Position numbers and translations under genes: made by a program. Below the pieces are notes generated by a model, which saw only the letters and a list, made by a program, of their open reading frames with translations, ran no database searches and was not told the DNA's origin. 64,000 nucleotides of DNA from an uncultured Eubacteriales bacterium. GTDB taxonomy: Bacteria > Bacillota > Clostridia > Oscillospirales > CAG-272. Positions 32,701 through 39,438 of the stretch are shown piece after piece; the stretch's first letter is position 1; every line of letters starts with the position of its first letter. Where the stretch lies: positions 17,101-81,100 of the forward strand of contig CAKSDP010000002.1 in the NCBI GenBank assembly GCA_934446065.1. Direction: 5' to 3'.

Positions 32701-32736
32701 AAAAAGGATCCCAACAGAAATGTTGGGATCCTTTTG
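32701..32736. terminator. Bidirectional rho-independent terminator between convergent genes
   Basis: Perfect stem AAAAGGATCCCAACA (32702-32716), loop GAAA, then TGTTGGGATCCTTTT (32721-32735). The A and T runs serve both strands. Confidence 0.85.
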
Positions 32737-32737
32737 T

Positions 32738-33339
32738 TTACAGTTCGATTCGTCTGTCTTTGAAATAGAATTCACGGTCGTGCTCGCCGATTTCACGGAG
32801 GACGTGATACGGATTTCCGACGGCGACGACGTTTGCGGGGATATCCTTTGTGACAACGTTTCCGGCTCCGATCACGGAATTATCTCCGATCGTGACGCCC
32901 GGAAGGACGATCACTCCCGCGCCGAGCCAGCAGTTGCGTCCGATATGCACCGGCATATTGTACTGATAGGCTTTTTCACGCAGCTCGGGCAGGATCGGAT
33001 GACCTGCCGTTGCGATCGTGACGTGGAGACCGAACATCGTGTAATCTCCGACGTAGATGTGTGTGTCATCAACAAATGTCGCACCGAAGTTGCAGTAGAC
33101 ATTCTTACCGAAGTGGACGTAGCGTCCGCCCCAATTCGCATGAAACGGAGGCTCAATATAGCGCCCTCGCCGATCTCCGCGAACATCTCGGAAAGGAGCT
33201 CCTTTCGCTTTTCAGGCTCGCTTGGGCGAGTCATATTGTAATCGTACAGGCGGTCGAGGCACTTCTGCTGTGCGGCTGCGATCTCGTCATCGGACGGGAG
33301 ATACAGCTCGCCTGTGTGCATTTTATCAAATTCGCTCAT
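32738..33339 (-). pseudogene. Maltose/galactoside O-acetyltransferase (hexapeptide-repeat, Maa/LacA family) disrupted by one frameshift
   Basis: The N-terminal frame (33339 down to about 33163) reads MSEFDKMHTGELYLPSDDEI...LLSEMFAEIGEG. A second frame from about 33160 reads YIEPPFHANWGGRYVHFGKNVYCNFGATFVDDTHIYVGDYTMFGLHVTIATAGHP...VVAVGNPYHVLREI down to 32738. The junction GAGGGCGC|TATATT appears to lack 1 nt. Confidence 0.8.
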
Positions 33340-33341
33340 AG

Positions 33342-35753
33342 TTAACCTCTCAGCGAAATTCCAAACTTATCCGAAAGGGATTTCAGTATCTTTGCGACGG
33401 ATTTGTCTGCTTCCTCATCGCTCAGAGTGTGGTCATCCGAGCGAAGCTTTACTGCGAACGAAAGGCTCTTTTTGCCTGCGCCTACCTGTGCGCCGCGATA
33501 TACGTCAAAGAGAGCTACGGATTCAAGCAGCTTTGATGCAGCGTCTGCAATAGCGGACTCGATCTGTCCTGCCTCAAGTGCTTCGTCGCAAACGAACGAG
33601 AAATCGCGCTCAAGTGCGGGGTATTTCGGCAGCGGTACGTAGCTGACTTCGGTTCTGCGAGATTCAAACATTGCCGCAAAATCAAGCTCGGCGGCGTAAA
33701 CACGGACATTGCCGAAGCCGTAATTTGCTGCGGTTTCGGGGTGGATCTCACCGAATACGCCGAGGACCTTGTCGCCGCAGAGCACGGACGCGCATCTTCC
33801 GGGGTGGAATGTACGGTCGTTTTTGTTTGCCTTATAGCTGACGCCGAGAACGGCAAGGTGGGAGAGGAGCGCCTCAATGTATCCCTTCATCTTGTAGAAT
33901 CCGGTTTCACCCTTGACGGAATCCATGAATCCGATGGTGAGTCTCTTCGGCTCATCGGGCAGCTCGCCATCACCCTTCGGGAGGTAGACCGACGCAAGTT
34001 CAAAGAGGAACGCCTCGTGGTTTTTACGGTTGTAGTTGCCGGAGAGGATCTCAAGCATCGACGGCAGTGCCGTTGTACGCATGACAGAGGTGTCCTCGCC
34101 GAGCGGGTTTGAAATGGTAACGGATCTGCGGCGGCTGTCGTCTGCCGCGAGTCTTATTTTGTCATAATACTTGGGGCTGATGAAGGAGAACGTTTCGATC
34201 TGATCGGCGCCCATTCCGATCATTGCGTTCTCACAGTCGATCTCAAAGAGCTGGGATTCGGTGCGACCGCCCTCGGCAAGTCCGGAGGAAAATCCGGTGG
34301 ACTCGATGCTGTTGTAGCCGTAGATGCGGATGACCTCTTCCGCGACATCATTCATGCAGCGCACATCGTCGCGGAATGACGGAACGGTGATCTTTTCGCC
34401 GTCGACCTTGAAGTCAAGCGATCTGAGTGCGTTCTTCATGAAGTCTTCGGGAATCTTTGTTCCGAGGAAACGGTTGATCGTATCGGGGCAGAGATCGAGC
34501 ACTGCGAGCTGTTTTTTCTCGGGATAGCAGTCGATGGTTCCGTCAACGATATCACCGGCGTCAAGAAGATTTACAAGCTCGCACGCGCGGCGGAGAGCTT
34601 TCATTGTACCCTCGGCGTCGAGTCCCTTTTCAAAGCGGGACGAGCTTTCGGTGCGCATACCGAGCGATTTTGCCGTGCGGCGCACATTTCCGCCGTTGAA
34701 TACAGCAGACTCAAAGACGACGTTGACCGTGGTATCGGAGATACCGCTGTTTGCGCCGCCCATTACGCCTGCAAGCGCGACGGGTTTCTTCTCATCCGCA
34801 ATTACAAGCATATCCGAGGAGAGCTTGTGCTCGATGTGGTCGAGCGTGACGTAATCCTCGCCATCCCCTGCTCTGCGGACGACGATGTGGCTGCCGTCGA
34901 GGCAGGAGTAATCGAACGCGTGCATCGGCTGACCGTACTCGAGCATGACGTAGTTTGTGATATCGACGATGTTGTTGATCGGACGAACGCCGGATGCGCG
35001 CAGACGCATTCTCAGCCACAGCGGCGAGGGTGCGATGCGGACATTCTTAACGACTGCTGCGCTGTATCGGTAGCACAGCTCAGGTGCGGCGATATCGACC
35101 TTCAGATAGTTTGAAATGTCGTCGCCGTCGCCGGCACACTTGACTTCGGGTTCGTGAAGTGTGAGCGGGCGGTCGAAGGAAACCGCGCTCTCACGTGCAA
35201 GTCCGATGACCGACAGGCAGTCCGGTCTGTTTGAAGTGATCTCAAATTCAACGACCGTATCGCGGAGCTTCAGCACATCGAGTATGTCGTCGCCGGGGTT
35301 TGCCTCAATGCCGCAGTCGCCGAGGATGAGGATTCCGTCCTCGATCGCGCCGGGCATATCGTGTGTCGTCAGCTCAAGCTCGGCGATTGAGCAGAACATT
35401 CCCTCGGAGACGGCACCGCGCAACTTGCCCTTCTTGATCTTTACATCGCCGGGGAGATTGGCACCGTCGAGCGCAACGGGAACGAGCGCGCCGGGTGTGA
35501 CGTTTGTTGCGGCGGTGACGATCTGGATTGGCTCATCGCGTCCGACGTCAACGGAGCAGATGTTGAGCCTGTCCGCGTCGGGATGCTTTTCGGTGGATAT
35601 TACCTTGCCTACGACGACATTTGATATATTTTCGCCGAGTAGCTCGTAGCCCTCGACTTTCGAGCCGGTGTCGGTCATTCTGTCAGAATATTCCTTGGGC
35701 GAGATTCCGGACACGTCAACGAAATCATTTACCCATTCAAGTGACAATTTCAT
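33342..35753 (-). CDS. pheT: Phenylalanine--tRNA ligase beta subunit
   Basis: 803 aa. MKLSLEWVNDFVD start, tRNA-binding, B3/4 and B5 domains, and a C-terminal FDX-ACB-like pattern. Follows pheS. Confidence 0.95.
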   Translation of the reverse strand: MKLSLEWVNDFVDVSGISPKEYSDRMTDTGSKVEGYELLGENISNVVVGKVISTEKHPDADRLNICSVDVGRDEPIQIVTAATNVTPGALVPVALDGANLPGDVKIKKGKLRGAVSEGMFCSIAELELTTHDMPGAIEDGILILGDCGIEANPGDDILDVLKLRDTVVEFEITSNRPDCLSVIGLARESAVSFDRPLTLHEPEVKCAGDGDDISNYLKVDIAAPELCYRYSAAVVKNVRIAPSPLWLRMRLRASGVRPINNIVDITNYVMLEYGQPMHAFDYSCLDGSHIVVRRAGDGEDYVTLDHIEHKLSSDMLVIADEKKPVALAGVMGGANSGISDTTVNVVFESAVFNGGNVRRTAKSLGMRTESSSRFEKGLDAEGTMKALRRACELVNLLDAGDIVDGTIDCYPEKKQLAVLDLCPDTINRFLGTKIPEDFMKNALRSLDFKVDGEKITVPSFRDDVRCMNDVAEEVIRIYGYNSIESTGFSSGLAEGGRTESQLFEIDCENAMIGMGADQIETFSFISPKYYDKIRLAADDSRRRSVTISNPLGEDTSVMRTTALPSMLEILSGNYNRKNHEAFLFELASVYLPKGDGELPDEPKRLTIGFMDSVKGETGFYKMKGYIEALLSHLAVLGVSYKANKNDRTFHPGRCASVLCGDKVLGVFGEIHPETAANYGFGNVRVYAAELDFAAMFESRRTEVSYVPLPKYPALERDFSFVCDEALEAGQIESAIADAASKLLESVALFDVYRGAQVGAGKKSLSFAVKLRSDDHTLSDEEADKSVAKILKSLSDKFGISLRG

Positions 35754-35797
35754 TTTATATAATCCTTTCGGTGATAGAAAAATTTATAATTCCGGAA

Positions 35798-36811
35798 TCA
35801 GAACTGCGAGAGGAAACGGACGTCATTCTCATAGAGAAGGCGCATATCATCAATATGATATTTCAGCATTACCGCGCGCTCGATGCCGAGACCGAAAGCA
35901 AATCCGCTGTATACTTCGGGGTCGATTCCGCATTCGCGCAGGACGTTCGGGTGAACCATACCGGCACCGAGAATCTCGATCCAACCCTCTCCCTTGCAGA
36001 GGCGGCATCCCTTGCCGCCGCAGGCGAAGCAGGAGAGATCGACCTCGGCGGACGGCTCGGTGAACGGGAAATGGTGAGGACGGAAACGCACCTTTGTTCC
36101 CTCTCCGAACAGATGCTTTGCGAATATCTCAAGTGTACCCTTGAGGTCGCCCATTGTAATGCCGCGATCGACAACGAGACCCTCCATCTGATGGAACAGC
36201 GGCGAGTGAGTTGCGTCCACTGCGTCCGAGCGGTACACGCGACCGGGGGAGATTATGCGGATCGGCGGCTCGGTAGACTCCATGACACGCGCCTGAACGG
36301 GCGAGGTCTGCGAGCGAAGCAGGATATTATCGGTGATATAGAAGGTATCCTGCGTGTCGCGTGCGGGATGATCCGGCGGGATATTGAGTGCCTGGAAGTT
36401 GTAGTAGTCGTACTCGACCTCGGGCCCCTCGGCGATAGTGAAGCCCATGCCGGTGAATATATCCTCAAGGTCATGCTGTACGCGGGCGAGCGGGTGGCGA
36501 TGTCCTACGGGAACGCGGATTCCCGGCTGTGTTACGTCGAGAGTTTCCTCGGCGAGCTTTTTCTCGAGCAGAGCCGATTTGAGGCTTTCGTTTTTCTTTG
36601 CGATCTCGCTCTCGATGAACTGACGCACATCGTTTGCGAGCTGACCCATTGCGGGACGCTCATCGGGAGAGAGTTGACCCATTCCGCGGAGGAGAGCGGT
36701 AAGCTCACCCTTTTTGCCGAGAAACTTAATTCTGATCTCTTCGAGGTCAGCGTTCGGGTCTGACATTCTCTCGAGGGCTGCTTCTTTGATCTTCAGCAGT
36801 TTTTCTTTCAT
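35798..36811 (-). CDS. pheS: Phenylalanine--tRNA ligase alpha subunit
   Basis: The track ORF runs to 36928, into the T-box leader. The ATG at 36811 gives [16 protein letters not shown] (338 aa). Class II motifs [16 protein letters not shown] and GAGMVHP. Confidence 0.95.
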   Translation of the reverse strand: MKEKLLKIKEAALERMSDPNADLEEIRIKFLGKKGELTALLRGMGQLSPDERPAMGQLANDVRQFIESEIAKKNESLKSALLEKKLAEETLDVTQPGIRVPVGHRHPLARVQHDLEDIFTGMGFTIAEGPEVEYDYYNFQALNIPPDHPARDTQDTFYITDNILLRSQTSPVQARVMESTEPPIRIISPGRVYRSDAVDATHSPLFHQMEGLVVDRGITMGDLKGTLEIFAKHLFGEGTKVRFRPHHFPFTEPSAEVDLSCFACGGKGCRLCKGEGWIEILGAGMVHPNVLRECGIDPEVYSGFAFGLGIERAVMLKYHIDDMRLLYENDVRFLSQF

Positions 36812-37077
36812 TCCAAGCACCATACTTTCATAAGTATTCACCGACGCGCGGTGTAAAATAAAAAATCGCCGTGAATCTCGGGACGGTGAAAACCGCGGTA
36901 CCACCCGAATTCCGGCGTGAGCCAACACTCATTTGTCTTTAACGGGACAAACCGGGGCAAGCCCAATGCTCCGAAGCGAAAGGCGAGGTGCAGATCCGCC
37001 GTCTGCTTTCAGCCGAGGACAGACGGTCTCTTTTTCCGGATGCGCAGCACGAAGCCGACTTCATCACTGCATATACT
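36812..37077 (-). promoter_or_regulatory. T-box riboswitch leader of pheS-pheT (Phe specifier UUC)
   Basis: Minus strand: T-box motif AAUUCGGGUGGUACCGCGG (plus 36891-36912). Stem I has a GUGAUGAAG K-turn, an AGAGA box and a GGCUGAAAGC distal loop. The specifier-loop context is GCCU-UUC-G-CUUCGGAGCA. A U-rich tract AUUUUUUAUUUU follows a short imperfect hairpin (plus 36856-36892). Confidence 0.85.
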
Positions 37078-37083
37078 ACAATT

Positions 37084-37112
37084 AGTATAGCATACGAAAA
37101 ATTTTTTGTCAA
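37084..37112 (-). promoter_or_regulatory. Sigma-A-type promoter for the pheST T-box leader
   Basis: Minus strand: TTGACA (37112-37107), 17-nt spacer, TATACT (37089-37084). Confidence 0.65.
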
Positions 37113-37122
37113 GTAATGATAG

Positions 37123-37158
37123 CAAAAATTCGGACTACCGATGTACGGTAGTCCGAAT
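37123..37158 (-). terminator. Rho-independent terminator after paralog copy 1
   Basis: ATTCGGACTACCG (37128-37140), loop ATGTA, then CGGTAGTCCGAAT (37146-37158). The minus transcript continues UUUUGCU. Lies 10 nt past the copy-1 stop. Confidence 0.8.
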
Positions 37159-37167
37159 GTATTTTGT

Positions 37168-39372
37168 TTACGCTATGGCTTCTGTGGTCGTCTCCGAATC
37201 TGTTTCGGCGGGACGGTATTTTTCGGGTATTTCGCGCTGCGTTGCGTCGGGATCCGTCAGACGATTGCGTCTGGGCAGCCAGTCGATCCATGCGGAATCC
37301 TCAAGGTTGTCCTTTATGGAGATAGTGGAAACTGACGGAATACGATCAAGATTCAATCCGTACTTGCGGATTATCGAGACCATGTGATCGTAGTAAGCGC
37401 TCAGCTGCTCAATAGTTGCGGTGTCATTTGCATCATACGCACGGAAATACGTTGAGAAGCAAGCTTCGTAGTAAACGTGGCACGAGAGCATCTCGCATCT
37501 CATCTGCTGATCGGCATTGTCTGCAAGGCTTATTGCCTTCTCGAAAAGCGCGATCATCTTTTCGTAGTTCTCAGATAAGAATTTTTCGTTATACAGCGGG
37601 AAAGGTGTAGCGTTCCCTGCCCATACCCAACAGTGGAAGTAATCGACTTTTGCCTGCGCTTCGATCCACATATCAATGTATGCGCGGATGTAGCGCCATC
37701 CCTCGCCGTACTCGATCTCAAGCTCCCGGCAAAGGAAATCCTCGTATTCCTCGTCTGTCATCTCGCTGTTCCAGCTTACCTCGCTCATGAGGTTTTCCTC
37801 GATGCGCTTGATGCCGAAGGGGGATGACTCCATTTCACAGAACAATCCCGTAACGCCGAGCTTCTTGAAGTAACGGAAATCGGGGAGGATGTTCTGGATT
37901 ATAGTATACTGATGGAGTCCGGAATCCATTGCGTATGTCCAAAGGTAAAGATTATCGGTGACCACAGCCCAGCGCTCGACCCACTCGGCGTCCTGGTGAT
38001 TCTCATTTCCCGAGAAGCCGTTATCATCTGATACGCTGCACTTTGAGCCGTCAAACGGATGGTTTGCGCAGTTACCGTTTGAGCAGTACGTGACGTGAAG
38101 GTATTCGTTTCCGGTGGTCACAGCCGGCGGCTTCTTTGCGCTGAAATATGCAAAGACTTTGATATAGAGGTGTGCGCCGGGGTATGCTGCCTCAAGTTCT
38201 TCGCCGAGCCGGTTTGCAAACTGAACCATTGCGCCCGCGTTCGATTTATCGTATCTCAGAACATCTGAGCAATTCTTACACATGCAGAAAGAATCGTTAT
38301 CACCCATTGCGATGTCGATGTCCTTGAACTCTAATCCGGGGGTCTCGCCGCCGGCGATACGCGAGTTGATGTAGCGTGTTACGCTGTCATACACTGCCTC
38401 GAATACAGATTCGTCAGTGAAGCAAGGCTGGAAATACTGATGGTTCTCGCCGTTGTTCCAACGGTAATTCTGAAGCCCGTGGCAGGCATGCTCGATCGGA
38501 CCGTAGGAGGACTGAGCGCGAGTGGGGGAACGCTTGTCGTTATTTACCCTGCTGAACCAAAATCCGGCTGTGTAGGGATAGAAAAAGTCAAAGAGCGGGG
38601 TCTCGGTTTCGTCGATCCCTTCGGGTACTGCGACGATATCAGCCTCATTCAGGCGTGAGTCGCCGGACATGAGGTTGTCCCAACCGCACTCGTTCTGGAG
38701 GAAGCGATACACGGCGTTCATGCAGCCGCGATCGACCGCGCCCTCAAAGATGAGGTTGCCGTCCTCTTCATAATAGCGGTAACCGGCTTCACACAAATCA
38801 CTGTTATCGGTGAAGCGGAAGGCTATCTGATGCTCTGCCGAAGATTCGCCGAAAACTACGGGCAGCGTTACGCCGCAAGCCTTTGTGATGAGACGCACAA
38901 GCTCGTCCTTGGCGAACTTCATGTTCTCGTTGTTTTCTTCCGGTACAACGACCGTGAACTCCGAAATATCGGTCCCGAAAAGCGTGAGCTTTTCGATGCG
39001 CGTACCCTCATGGAATGTCACGTTCTCGATCGCGGTTCCGGCTTCAACATTTTTTGCGTACTTGCGGACGGCGCGATCAAGTCCGCTGTCGGTCTTACCG
39101 AAGATGAGCGTTTCGGTGCCGATATTGCGGATGATGTAGCCGTCGTCCTCAAAATCGGACATATCAATGCCGTACTTTGCGTCGTTTCCGACGCCGATCG
39201 TGACCTTGCCTACGTTGTCGCCGAGACGATCGTCGAGCCACTTGGCATACGAGTCCGAATCGGATGAAGTAGATGAGGTGCGCGTGGAAGAGCTGCTTTG
39301 TGAGCCGCAAGCGGCGCAGCTCAGAACAGATGCGAGGGTCAGGAATGCTGCGAGTGTTTGTTTGATTCTCAT
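37168..39372 (-). CDS. Cys-rich surface lipoprotein, paralog copy 1 (DUF4838/GH20b-like putative glycoside hydrolase)
   Basis: 734 aa. Signal peptide MRIKQTLAAFLTLASVLSCAAC with a lipobox Cys, then a Ser/Thr-rich linker. AVYRFLQNECGW module, DIAMGDNDSFCMCKNC, YCSNGNCANHPFDGSKCS, and the LMSEVSWNSEMTDEEYEDFLCRELEIEYGEGW region. The family call is from memory of DUF4838 proteins. Confidence 0.85.
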   Translation of the reverse strand: MRIKQTLAAFLTLASVLSCAACGSQSSSSTRTSSTSSDSDSYAKWLDDRLGDNVGKVTIGVGNDAKYGIDMSDFEDDGYIIRNIGTETLIFGKTDSGLDRAVRKYAKNVEAGTAIENVTFHEGTRIEKLTLFGTDISEFTVVVPEENNENMKFAKDELVRLITKACGVTLPVVFGESSAEHQIAFRFTDNSDLCEAGYRYYEEDGNLIFEGAVDRGCMNAVYRFLQNECGWDNLMSGDSRLNEADIVAVPEGIDETETPLFDFFYPYTAGFWFSRVNNDKRSPTRAQSSYGPIEHACHGLQNYRWNNGENHQYFQPCFTDESVFEAVYDSVTRYINSRIAGGETPGLEFKDIDIAMGDNDSFCMCKNCSDVLRYDKSNAGAMVQFANRLGEELEAAYPGAHLYIKVFAYFSAKKPPAVTTGNEYLHVTYCSNGNCANHPFDGSKCSVSDDNGFSGNENHQDAEWVERWAVVTDNLYLWTYAMDSGLHQYTIIQNILPDFRYFKKLGVTGLFCEMESSPFGIKRIEENLMSEVSWNSEMTDEEYEDFLCRELEIEYGEGWRYIRAYIDMWIEAQAKVDYFHCWVWAGNATPFPLYNEKFLSENYEKMIALFEKAISLADNADQQMRCEMLSCHVYYEACFSTYFRAYDANDTATIEQLSAYYDHMVSIIRKYGLNLDRIPSVSTISIKDNLEDSAWIDWLPRRNRLTDPDATQREIPEKYRPAETDSETTTEAIA

Positions 39373-39438
39373 ATATAGTTCTCCGTTAAAATAGTATACT
39401 ATTTGGATTCACATTCTCGGCAGTCCGAATATGGTTAT

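Noticed and set aside
35621-36763. 380-aa plus-strand ORF opposite pheS and the pheT start
   Set aside because: It is antisense to the pheS class II synthetase motifs and spans the pheT/pheS intergenic gap.
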